This document shows, one piece after another, positions 46,334-55,574 of a stretch of DNA of 55,674 bases (position 1 is the stretch's first letter; every line of letters begins with the position of its first letter). The stretch covers positions 1 to 55,674 of IMG/VR virus record IMGVR_UViG_3300020165_002390; one strand, written 5' to 3'. The position numbers and the translations under genes were made by a program. Source of the DNA: a virus (Duplodnaviria > Caudoviricetes). Under the pieces are notes generated by a model, which worked only from the letters and a program-made list of their open reading frames with translations, was not told where the DNA came from and ran no database searches.

Positions 46334-47127
46334 TATTTGTCTCCTATCAGTTTGTTAAAAGTTGGTAACATTAATTGTACAGCATCCTGGTGTGATTCGT
46401 CAAGTGGATGTGTGGTGGCTCGGGCGTAGTCATTCAGCAGTGCCCATTGGTTGAAACCCATCATGCGTTCTCCAAAAGTGAACCATTTGGTAATGTCTAT
46501 CTCTGAGTGCAGTGCAGTCATCAGATCATCCTTGTCCTTGTGGTGTCGCATGTGATCGTAAAACAGCGTGTTGTCCGCTAGTGTGAAGAAAAATGGTATT
46601 TTCCTCTTCTCCAGTATGTTCTGCAACCATGTGATCGATTTCCAACTGAGATATATCTCATGATACTCGTTGGCGGCATTTTTATAAAGACTGTCTGCGA
46701 AGTCTCGCACTCCTATCTTTGCAGTTTCCTCGGATCTCTTTTGCCAGATCTCTTGCTGTATGTCTGAGTCCGACAATTTAGACATGGCTTCTTCATGCCC
46801 TTTCCTGGTGTCCCAAGGCGATATCGAAACCCAACGACTGCCATCTAACTTCTTGTATTCTGGCATGGCCCAGTCATACCTTGAGGGGAAACTCCACATC
46901 ACTGCGACGGCACCAATGTACTCGTTTGAATTTATTGCCATGAACACACGGCGTGCTATGGCTTGGTTGCCCAATCCACCAGAGGCTGTGCAGACGTATT
47001 CCATTCCTGCGTTCTCGCAAAGGCGGTGTGCCCATGTCTTCGCTGATGGCGTGTTGCCATTGACATCGTCACTGAGTTCGTTCCCGAATGTGAAACTGCA
47101 ACCACCTGCTATGAATTTCTTAGTCAT
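46333..47127 (-). CDS. SGNH hydrolase-like protein
   Basis: AGGCSFTFG, GGLGNQAI, VMWSFPSR, HPLDESH. Confidence 0.55.
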   Translation of the reverse strand: MTKKFIAGGCSFTFGNELSDDVNGNTPSAKTWAHRLCENAGMEYVCTASGGLGNQAIARRVFMAINSNEYIGAVAVMWSFPSRYDWAMPEYKKLDGSRWVSISPWDTRKGHEEAMSKLSDSDIQQEIWQKRSEETAKIGVRDFADSLYKNAANEYHEIYLSWKSITWLQNILEKRKIPFFFTLADNTLFYDHMRHHKDKDDLMTALHSEIDITKWFTFGERMMGFNQWALLNDYARATTHPLDESHQDAVQLMLPTFNKLIGDK

Positions 47128-48301
47128 ATATTTTTAGTATGTTATTTAAAAGTGGAAACACATCTCCGAAATTTTCTTTCCTATACTGATCCGTTTGTAG
47201 TATTCTTCTTTTTCTTTCTGCTCTTATTTCAGGAGAATCCCTGTCAGCGGCATTCATGAATCTTATGCTGGGTTGATAGTCTGTAAGCATGTGGTATCTA
47301 TCTACTACTATGTCTTTGACTTGTTGTGGCAGTGTTTGAATGTTGAACACATCTGGGTCAAAGCAAGTGTTCACATAGAAAAACTTGGGTTGAAACTGTG
47401 CCACCCACAATGCCATCTTGGCCCAGTTGAACACGTTGAATATATTCACTGTCGAACATATTTGAAAATCCATGTTAGGAGTTTTCATTTCTTTAAACTT
47501 GACAAGATTTTGATTTACTTCTCTCCACTTGGCAGGATGTCTTTGATACTCAAAAGGTTCTCCCACATCATCAATACTAAATGCCACTTCCACATGTTTG
47601 AAGCAACTCCATAGGTCAAATATTTCCTGTGGTGGCAACTGTGTGCCATTTGTGTTGTAATGTATATCTATGTCCTTGGCATATCCCTTCTCAACACAGT
47701 GCATCAGTATCTTGAAGTGATCCTTGATCATAAACGGTTCACCGCCTGTGAATTCAAAGTACTCCACATATTTCAGATCCTCCTGCAACTCCTCGAAGAA
47801 CTGTGGGTTACGTTTTGGCCATCCTCCCTCCTTGAGTTGTTTCCTGGCCACAGGATTATCTCCACCCTTGGCCGTCTCATAATCTATTTCTTCCTGAGCC
47901 CATTTTGAGGAACTCCACGATCCACATATCCTACATTTAAGATTACACACGTTGCCCAACTTAAAGTCAATAAACTTCAGCGTTGGCTCGCTGTTAGGTG
48001 TCCAGTTTTCTAAACTGCTACGCATTTTGTAAATTGAATTCTGTCTTTTACTTGTTTTGCCGGCATCTTCTTCTTGCCAACAACTTTGACATCCTTTAGG
48101 ACGCTTACCTTCCCTGAACTTTTTCCTTAGAAGTTCCATGTACTCTGTTTGCTGTATGGATTTTAAACTTTGTTCGTACACTTTGACTCCAGGAATACTA
48201 CCCTTGTACAAACAGCAAGGAGACGCACCGCCATTTACATCAACTTCTAAATGGTTCCACGGTAATGGGCATATGTTTGAATCTATATACTTGTCCACCA
48301 C
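47120..48301 (-). CDS. Radical SAM protein with N-terminal twitch-like domain
   Basis: CPLPW...PCC...CQSC, then CNLKCRIC, FTGGEP, YNTNG, FSIDD. Confidence 0.9.
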   Translation of the reverse strand: MVDKYIDSNICPLPWNHLEVDVNGGASPCCLYKGSIPGVKVYEQSLKSIQQTEYMELLRKKFREGKRPKGCQSCWQEEDAGKTSKRQNSIYKMRSSLENWTPNSEPTLKFIDFKLGNVCNLKCRICGSWSSSKWAQEEIDYETAKGGDNPVARKQLKEGGWPKRNPQFFEELQEDLKYVEYFEFTGGEPFMIKDHFKILMHCVEKGYAKDIDIHYNTNGTQLPPQEIFDLWSCFKHVEVAFSIDDVGEPFEYQRHPAKWREVNQNLVKFKEMKTPNMDFQICSTVNIFNVFNWAKMALWVAQFQPKFFYVNTCFDPDVFNIQTLPQQVKDIVVDRYHMLTDYQPSIRFMNAADRDSPEIRAERKRRILQTDQYRKENFGDVFPLLNNILKIYD

Positions 48302-49635
48302 TCTAACGCCTTTTTGTTTTTTGCTAATATTTTCTTGATGTCTGTGCCACGTATGCGATCTAATCTTTCAATTTCTGCCTTGCCGTCTTTCTGCCCTTTT
48401 TTGTAAATTTCCTCATCATACACCAGCTCATTGTTTCTCTTCTGTTTCTGCATTTCATCTAACTGTGCAAAGAAATTGTTAAGATTTTTATTTTTATATT
48501 TGATGGTTTTTTCTCTTGCGTCATCGATCATCTCACTCATTATATCATATGGCATGAACAGTGGTGCCATTGCATTGTCCTCGGAGAAGTTGAAAACCTG
48601 TTTGGTCAACAGTTCTATTCCTAGTTCGTTGCTGAGTAAAACCATATTTTCAAGATCGAACAATCCTGGCATGGTTATAGTGAGGTCCAGTTGTATACGC
48701 TGGTAAGGTCCCTGGACGTATTTCAACCCATACCTCATGTTTTCAAGCCATTCGGAATATTTCAACCCTGTCCTGATGTACTCTCCAGTTTCACCTGTCC
48801 CGTCGATAGAAGCACAAATCTGAAATTGTTGGTAGTGTTTCAATATGTCTTCGAATAAATTTTTACCATAAAAGTTGATACGACTCATGTTTGAGTTGTA
48901 CCTGGCCAAGACATTTTCAGCATATCCTAGTTCCTTGATCCTCTCCATTGCCGTCCAATGTATCTTCCACATCAAAGGTTCTCCACCGCACCAGTATATC
49001 TCTGTTATTCTTTTTTCCTCCACTGCCGCCGTAAACTCCTTAACCACTTGCTGGTCATGGAACTTTTCTAATTTTTCCTTTATGTCCTTCCTGCCCCATA
49101 TCCTGTGATCTTTGTACACGTACTCCGGATCGATTTCTCCCAGGCCGTACTTCCTGTTCTCCGCTTCCCATGTGCTACTCAACATGTCACCGCACATCCT
49201 ACAACTGAAATTGCAAAGGTTTGTAAAACGATAGTCAAAACTTTCTACTTTCATTTTCGTTTCACCTGTTTCGTCCGTGCTGGCAAATGCTTCGTCAACT
49301 TTGTGCTTGTACAGATGGTTGAAGTGCTGTCTGTACACCTGCTCGTTAAGCAATTTGTCGTTGCACACGGCACACTGTGGTATCTCCTCACCGGCCAGTA
49401 ATTTTTGTCTCACAGTCTTCATGTATTCTGAATTCCAATGCTGGTCGAGGGTTGTAAGGTTTATTTTGTCATTGTGTCCTTTAGGATCAATTGTGTCTAT
49501 GTACTGTTTGAAGTTTGCCGATGACTCACGTGAACTGCAACACAGTCTTCTTTCCATCTGTGGTGATAGGTATGTGTGCGTCCACGGCGCCATGCAGAAC
49601 GTTTTGTTGCCTTCTGACGGTTTAATCTTCTTCAT
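48283..49635 (-). CDS. Radical SAM protein with N-terminal twitch-like domain
   Basis: CMAPW...LCC...CAVC, then CNFSCRMC, GGEP, ASIDG. Confidence 0.9.
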   Translation of the reverse strand: MKKIKPSEGNKTFCMAPWTHTYLSPQMERRLCCSSRESSANFKQYIDTIDPKGHNDKINLTTLDQHWNSEYMKTVRQKLLAGEEIPQCAVCNDKLLNEQVYRQHFNHLYKHKVDEAFASTDETGETKMKVESFDYRFTNLCNFSCRMCGDMLSSTWEAENRKYGLGEIDPEYVYKDHRIWGRKDIKEKLEKFHDQQVVKEFTAAVEEKRITEIYWCGGEPLMWKIHWTAMERIKELGYAENVLARYNSNMSRINFYGKNLFEDILKHYQQFQICASIDGTGETGEYIRTGLKYSEWLENMRYGLKYVQGPYQRIQLDLTITMPGLFDLENMVLLSNELGIELLTKQVFNFSEDNAMAPLFMPYDIMSEMIDDAREKTIKYKNKNLNNFFAQLDEMQKQKRNNELVYDEEIYKKGQKDGKAEIERLDRIRGTDIKKILAKNKKALEWWTSI

Positions 49636-50905
49636 ACAATTCCTTCAACTCGGGAAAAGTTTCAAGCATGTTTTCGTCACGGAGGTCGTCTAGCCTCTTC
49701 ATCCACGATTTGAATTGGTCTATGTGCTCGTGGTTGTCTCTACGCATCATGTAGTCTATGCCTGACTGGAAGCCTTTGGTCGCCCTTGTCAATGGATCTA
49801 GAGGTGCTAGCCATTCTATGTGCTTTTCGATCTTGTCCTTTACTTTTTGTTTGTATGCCAATGGCGCTAAATCTATCCTCTGTCCAAACGGAGACTGTAA
49901 TAAGTTGAAGTTGAAGTCTTGTGGTTTTAAAAATCCCATGTCAACCCAATTCCTATGGAAGTCTGTGATGTGCCAGGCATTTATAAGTCCTACTGTGGAA
50001 CTGATGTAGAAGTCAACTTCGGGACACACCTCCAACATCCTTTTCCTGTTGGCCACCACATCGTCCCATACCGTTCCTTTCCTCATTAGTTCAGCACGTT
50101 TACCTTCTGCGTCAAGGCTGGCACCTATAGAGACTGTGTCAAATTTTTTCCATAATTCTAGTACATCCATGTCCTTGAATTTTGTCTTAGTGAAATTGGT
50201 GTTGTAGATCAGTCTCACGTGATACATTTTTCTTTTGTCCAGCTCTTTCAATATCCTGTAGTGTTCCTCCATTATCAAAGGTTCTCCGCCTGCGAAATAG
50301 AACTGCTCAACATGATCAAACTGTTCTAACATCTGATCCCATATGTCATTGGAACTTCTTCCGACACGTAATATCTTGGCATGTTTTGGTGGTTCGCCTG
50401 CTAACTTCTTATGGTCCTCATACCAATTTGAACTGAACCATGTGCCGCAACTCCTACAGGCCAAATTACATAGATTGCTGAATCGTATATCCCAGTACTT
50501 GATCACAAAATCTGCACTGCCGTCTTCTTTGGTGTTATCAATCATTCCTATGTTGTGTCCAAAGTGTTTGTTCGAACTCATACGTAAACTGAAAAATCCC
50601 GACTTTTCTTGATCATAACATTTGGTGCAGTTTTTACTGGATTTGTTTGACAACATGTTTTGTCTCAACTGTTTCATGTCCTTGCCATTGAACACAGTTT
50701 CCATGGAATCCTTGTTTAAGTTTCCCACAGGATAATCATCTATTGCGAAGCAACATGGATAGGCCCTGCCGTCTGGAAAAGCGTGGAGATGTAGCCATGG
50801 CATCATACAAAATGTGTCACTGTCGATCAACAACTCACGCTGTCTCTCGGTCATGTCTTTAATCTTTAACTTCTCGGGCTCCTTGGCCCCGTAATCATAT
50901 GCCAC
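49622..50905 (-). CDS. Radical SAM protein with N-terminal twitch-like domain
   Basis: CMMPW...PCC...CTKC, then CNLACRSC, FAGGEP, ASLDA. Confidence 0.9.
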   Translation of the reverse strand: MAYDYGAKEPEKLKIKDMTERQRELLIDSDTFCMMPWLHLHAFPDGRAYPCCFAIDDYPVGNLNKDSMETVFNGKDMKQLRQNMLSNKSSKNCTKCYDQEKSGFFSLRMSSNKHFGHNIGMIDNTKEDGSADFVIKYWDIRFSNLCNLACRSCGTWFSSNWYEDHKKLAGEPPKHAKILRVGRSSNDIWDQMLEQFDHVEQFYFAGGEPLIMEEHYRILKELDKRKMYHVRLIYNTNFTKTKFKDMDVLELWKKFDTVSIGASLDAEGKRAELMRKGTVWDDVVANRKRMLEVCPEVDFYISSTVGLINAWHITDFHRNWVDMGFLKPQDFNFNLLQSPFGQRIDLAPLAYKQKVKDKIEKHIEWLAPLDPLTRATKGFQSGIDYMMRRDNHEHIDQFKSWMKRLDDLRDENMLETFPELKELYEED

Positions 50906-52238
50906 GGTACCATTCTCCTATTATTGGGAAAGTCTTTTCAAATTCTTTTCCTGATCGTTTGTCATATTGACTGTAGAATGCCTTGAAGTCTTTTTGTAGT
51001 TTACTCTGTTCGGCCGCACCTGCATGTGGTGTTTTGACAACATCCAAGTAGTCGATAAGTCTTTGTGTTTGATTAATTTCCATGTGTTCTAAATGTTTTT
51101 CGTTAGTATTTAAAAACTTTACCAAGTCCAGTTTAAATTTATTTCTTAAATCATCCGGTAGCACAAGCGGTGATTGGAAACTCGGAAACCTCAATATGTT
51201 CAGTGTAAAGTTAACTTCTGGTCCGTACACCTTGCCTGCACTCTTGAACCAAACCATTTTCTCTAAAAACTCAGGTAATGACTCTAGACATAGTGCGTTA
51301 ATTGTACACATATTGTGGAGGGCACGTGGAACCTTATCCACCATCATGTGCAAGAAGTTGGAATGCCAATCTCCATAAACTAGTCCGTCTCTGATGTATT
51401 CTGCTTGTCCAAATGTTGCTTCACAACTAGTATACAATTCGAAGTTATCAAACTTCTTTAATTTTGTTTTGAATCTATCAATGATGCTCTGCTTTGCACC
51501 TAGGTTAGAGTTTATTGCGAGGGTCATGTTGGGATTCATTTTATCTCCCTGTGTTTCTATCCAATCTAGTAGTCTCCATAAATTAGGTGACATCATAGGT
51601 TCTCCGCCTGTTATCCTCAGTTCATCTAGGCTCTTGTGTAGGTCTGTTTCCCACCATTTGTAGAATGCTTCCACGTATGGATTGGTCTCATCTTTCTTGT
51701 ACGGCTCTGCACTTTCATGGCTGTGTGTGAAATGATTCCTGCCATCTGTTTTCATATCGGTGTATGGTCCTTGCCTCTTGATGTTGTTTGCCCAAGTGGA
51801 ACTGAATGCAGGATTACAATACGTACAAGCAAAGTTACAGGTTCTGTCAAATGCTATTTCTAGTGTTTTCAAGTCTACGTCTTCCTTGTGATCTAGGTTA
51901 TATGCTGTGTCTAGATCTTCATCTGTGAATATTTGTGATTTATACACCCTATCACTTATGTTGTCTCTGTTGATGTCTTCAATCTTCCAACAGTACTCGC
52001 ATCCTGCAGGCCTCTCTCCGCACTGCATCTGCCTACGCTGTTCTTTTTTCTCAGGTGTGTTGTGTAGCAGTTTCGGATTTGATTGCACAGCGATTGGATC
52101 AATCTTGTGCGGAAGCGGATGGTGACAACTTGTGGTCATCCCACTGCCCAGCCATATAGTCGCATTGTACCATTTGGCCCCACAGAAACTTGCAGATTTG
52201 GTGTCTAGTATTTTTTTCTTGTATTCTAAATCATTCAT
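50895..52238 (-). CDS. Radical SAM protein with N-terminal twitch-like domain (SCHH subtype)
   Basis: CGAKW...SCHH...CEYCW, then CNFACTYC, TGGEP; start probably ATG 52238. Confidence 0.9.
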   Translation of the reverse strand: MNDLEYKKKILDTKSASFCGAKWYNATIWLGSGMTTSCHHPLPHKIDPIAVQSNPKLLHNTPEKKEQRRQMQCGERPAGCEYCWKIEDINRDNISDRVYKSQIFTDEDLDTAYNLDHKEDVDLKTLEIAFDRTCNFACTYCNPAFSSTWANNIKRQGPYTDMKTDGRNHFTHSHESAEPYKKDETNPYVEAFYKWWETDLHKSLDELRITGGEPMMSPNLWRLLDWIETQGDKMNPNMTLAINSNLGAKQSIIDRFKTKLKKFDNFELYTSCEATFGQAEYIRDGLVYGDWHSNFLHMMVDKVPRALHNMCTINALCLESLPEFLEKMVWFKSAGKVYGPEVNFTLNILRFPSFQSPLVLPDDLRNKFKLDLVKFLNTNEKHLEHMEINQTQRLIDYLDVVKTPHAGAAEQSKLQKDFKAFYSQYDKRSGKEFEKTFPIIGEWYRGI

Positions 52239-53605
52239 ACGTTTCTGCACTCCTCCCAGAACTCTTCCATCTCAGGAAAGGTGTTCAAGAACCTTGTGAG
52301 ACGTCTGCGGTCGTGTTCGTTGAAGAAAGCGTAAAAGTTTTTTTTATTTTGCGTACTTGCGTCAGCGTTTTCGCGCCAGTATGCGAGATTACGTTGCATC
52401 TTCTGGATCTCGAAATCGTTGAACTTGCTGTACCCTCTGTCGTTCCCACAATGCTTCTGCATGTATTCTATGTTTTCCTCATGTATTATTTGGTAGGATT
52501 CCGGGAGCAGTGTGATCTGTTGCCATGTGGGTTGCCTCAGCAGTGGCACGTCAAACCATATACGTTGGTATGTGGTGCTGTACTTGGCACGCAGTTCCAG
52601 TATCTTTTCAAGTAATTGGTCCATGCTGGTTATACTGAGATTGTTGTATGTGCATATGAACGTTATGGAATTCCTCCCTGGTATACGCTCCAGGAACTCC
52701 TCCACGTTGTCCATCATGTAGTTGAAATCCAATCCGTTCCTGATGTACTCCGCACGTTTGCCCCATGCATCCACGCTCACGAACTGCATCATGTGTTCCA
52801 CCTTGTCCTGCATACATATCTCCTGTGCCATGTTGAAGTATTTCTCCTTCAGTTTCTTGTCCGGGGGACACATGTTGCTGGTCACGTTCAGGTGTAGGTC
52901 CTGTTTGGGGTTGTCAATTATGTACTGGAACACCTTGTATGTGTTCACATCCATCATGGGTTCCCCTCCCGTCATACGGAAGTGTTTTAGATTCTTGTAC
53001 AGCGTTGGCCACCATCTCCAGAACGCTTCAACGTATGGATTATCTTCACGATTTGTTAAAGGCCTGTTCTCTCCTTGGAAGTGTTCCGGCATGTTGTGGG
53101 GTGGTGACGTTGGATATTCTCCATAACGATCGACTTCCTTGCCCCACGTGGTGGAGAACTGTGGTGAGCAGTAACTACACTTGAAATTGCAGGCGTTGTT
53201 GAAGTTGACCTCAACGTACCTCGGAGTCCACTTGTCGTCCAGTGGTTTTTTCATGATGTCATCGAAGTCCTGCATGGCCCATGGTTCGCCCGACCTGTAG
53301 TGCCTGTCACTCATCTCTCCAGTCTTCTCTATGTTCCAGCAGTAGGAACACCCTTCTGGCTTCTTGCCCTCCAGCATCTCCTTCCTCTGTTGCAGTTTAT
53401 CAGTGGTGTTGTGCAGGCTCGCGGGGTTGTAGTTGAGCTTGTCTGGGCTGATCTTGTGCAGTGGAGGATGATAGCAACTGTTTGTCTTGCCCGTGGGCAG
53501 GTGCAGTGAGGTCTGGTTCCACTTGGCCAGGCACATGGTGGGAGACACGGTCTCTAATTTCTCTCTGGCCTTGTCTGCGTCTGACTTGTAATCACTGGTA
53601 CTCAC
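52235..53605 (-). CDS. Radical SAM protein with N-terminal twitch-like domain (SCYH subtype)
   Basis: CLAKW...SCYH...CSYCW, then CNFKCSYC, TGGEP, VSVD; GTG start. Confidence 0.9.
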   Translation of the reverse strand: MSTSDYKSDADKAREKLETVSPTMCLAKWNQTSLHLPTGKTNSCYHPPLHKISPDKLNYNPASLHNTTDKLQQRKEMLEGKKPEGCSYCWNIEKTGEMSDRHYRSGEPWAMQDFDDIMKKPLDDKWTPRYVEVNFNNACNFKCSYCSPQFSTTWGKEVDRYGEYPTSPPHNMPEHFQGENRPLTNREDNPYVEAFWRWWPTLYKNLKHFRMTGGEPMMDVNTYKVFQYIIDNPKQDLHLNVTSNMCPPDKKLKEKYFNMAQEICMQDKVEHMMQFVSVDAWGKRAEYIRNGLDFNYMMDNVEEFLERIPGRNSITFICTYNNLSITSMDQLLEKILELRAKYSTTYQRIWFDVPLLRQPTWQQITLLPESYQIIHEENIEYMQKHCGNDRGYSKFNDFEIQKMQRNLAYWRENADASTQNKKNFYAFFNEHDRRRLTRFLNTFPEMEEFWEECRNV

Positions 53606-54494
53606 GGTCTTGCACTCCTTTGTTCCTGTGCTCCGGCAACGTGAACTTGAAGAACTTGCTGTCCTCTGGTGTGAAGTCTGCTATTGGTATGTCCAACCTC
53701 TGTTTGATGCTCTCACCATACATCCGTATCTCGTCGTCCATGTTGTTGGCGTCTATTTTGTTGAAGAACATTTCTCTCATGCCTCCTATGTCACTGATGT
53801 CACTTTGTTCATTGGAGTTGCCCAGCACAGTGTGATACAGTCCCATCCTGGCGCCCAGCATGGCGTATTTGCCATTCTCTACATCGGCCCCCACTGTCAT
53901 CCAGGTGCTCAGCACACGCAGGTTCTCAGGCCACACATTCTTGTTGAAGTCGTTGGCCGGTATGGGTTTGCCTTTGTCCAATCCCATTTTCACGCCCTCC
54001 CTGTATCCGGCAGTGAATGCCTGGTCCTTTTCCGCATTGATCACTGTGGTCGAATAACAGTTGTGTAGATTTTCATGTGGTACACCCCAACAGAAGTCTA
54101 ATCTGTTCTCCTCGGTGTCTGCGTTTTCGTGTGTACGCATGTTGAGGCAAGTCTGTTTTGGCCATCCTACCAACCCGCCGTTTCCGTACACCAGTCCATT
54201 CACATTGTTTTTAGCACGCCACCTGTGGACAGCGTCAGGATTGGTCTTGCTCCAATCCAAAGTCTCTAGTAGGAATTTCTCATTTATGATGTTGTCTCCG
54301 TCCACACTGATAAAGAAATCAGTTTCCGCTAGTTCCGCCGCGGCCTTGTGTGCAGAATCGAATCCAACTACCCCATCGACACGCTTGGCCCATGGCACCT
54401 TGTTTTTTAGATCTGCCCAATTCAGTTCCTTGTTGGGTTCTTTGAAACTTATGTAAACGAAATCTAGATCGCTTACTCGTACTCGAGCAACCAT
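53592..54494 (-). CDS. GT-A-like glycosyltransferase
   Basis: FVYISFKEP, GVVGFDSAHKAAA, VDGD (DxD), NGLVYGNGG; start probably ATG 54494. Confidence 0.65.
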   Translation of the reverse strand: MVARVRVSDLDFVYISFKEPNKELNWADLKNKVPWAKRVDGVVGFDSAHKAAAELAETDFFISVDGDNIINEKFLLETLDWSKTNPDAVHRWRAKNNVNGLVYGNGGLVGWPKQTCLNMRTHENADTEENRLDFCWGVPHENLHNCYSTTVINAEKDQAFTAGYREGVKMGLDKGKPIPANDFNKNVWPENLRVLSTWMTVGADVENGKYAMLGARMGLYHTVLGNSNEQSDISDIGGMREMFFNKIDANNMDDEIRMYGESIKQRLDIPIADFTPEDSKFFKFTLPEHRNKGVQDREYQ

Positions 54495-54796
54495 GCTTTT
54501 CCTCCATCTACGATCCCAATTGGCCAATGTATGTCCCCGTCCAAGAACACGTAACCTTTGTGTGGTGTTGATATCAACTGAGAATACTGTGTCTTTGCCT
54601 TGGGTTTTATTTGATCTTTTTCAACTATGTCTGTTTTGCCATCCACGTTGGACAGCGTGTAGTATTGCTCGCCTCTCCTCATTATTTCCAATTTCTTGTC
54701 AAGAGGCACTTCTATCTGTTTGCCGTCTATGTTTACAAAGTGTCTCTTGGGAGGTCGAACCTTGAAATCCTTTAGTGCTTTAAAAATCTCTGACAT
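54473..54796 (-). CDS. Hypothetical protein
   Basis: AAGGAG RBS before ATG 54796. Confidence 0.55.
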   Translation of the reverse strand: MSEIFKALKDFKVRPPKRHFVNIDGKQIEVPLDKKLEIMRRGEQYYTLSNVDGKTDIVEKDQIKPKAKTQYSQLISTPHKGYVFLDGDIHWPIGIVDGGKAWLLEYE

Positions 54797-55574
54797 TAAT
54801 CTCCTTGTCGAAGTAGTGCCATGGCCTGGACACACGACGTTCTCCTAGGTAATATGCATCTCCTGACTTGTTGGGGAACAGGAAGTTGTTTTGATCTTTG
54901 ACCCAGTCTAGATTATTTACACCAGGCTTATGATGAAGGAACTTGAACCATTCGTAGTCTATGAGATGTTGATTGGTTGGATCTAAAATCCTATATGCCA
55001 GGGCGAACACCACATCCGTGCTAGGATAAGTGTCGTGGCAATTGATCAACATGTGCTCCTTGACTTCATTCCACTTGTAAGTTATCTGTTCTGCCAATTC
55101 AAAAAATTTCTTAGATCTTTCTGATTTACGGAAGTACATCAGTCCATTGTATATGTTGGGTAGATGATTTCTTTTGAACAAGTTCCTGTACGGTGTCTCC
55201 TTGACCACTTGATCCTTGTAGTTCCTGCAATCAACACTGAACACCAGATCGTGTTGCCATAGGTGGTACCACCACCAGTCCGTGTTGGCCGTCCACAGCA
55301 TGTCCGCTTCTAGTTTGATCGTGTACTCGAAAGGAGTCCACCAACATGCCTTGTGCTCGTTGGCCCATTTTATTTTGTGTTCCGAGGCATCATCCTCCTC
55401 CAACACCTGTACCACGTCTACCGCTTCGTGTTCAAATTTACTTTTCTCATCAGTGATCACGCACACACTGTTCTCACGATTCCATTTCTTTATGGACTTG
55501 GCCAATCTTATGGACAGTTCGACGTAGTCTGTTGTGTCATTGTTCTGGGCGAACCACAGGAATCCCTTAGACAT
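54780..55574 (-). CDS. Nucleotide-diphospho-sugar transferase (GT8-like)
   Basis: KGFLWFAQN, TPFEYTIKLEAD (D/ExD), YNGLMYF, TDVVFALA. Confidence 0.65.
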   Translation of the reverse strand: MSKGFLWFAQNNDTTDYVELSIRLAKSIKKWNRENSVCVITDEKSKFEHEAVDVVQVLEEDDASEHKIKWANEHKACWWTPFEYTIKLEADMLWTANTDWWWYHLWQHDLVFSVDCRNYKDQVVKETPYRNLFKRNHLPNIYNGLMYFRKSERSKKFFELAEQITYKWNEVKEHMLINCHDTYPSTDVVFALAYRILDPTNQHLIDYEWFKFLHHKPGVNNLDWVKDQNNFLFPNKSGDAYYLGERRVSRPWHYFDKEINVRDF

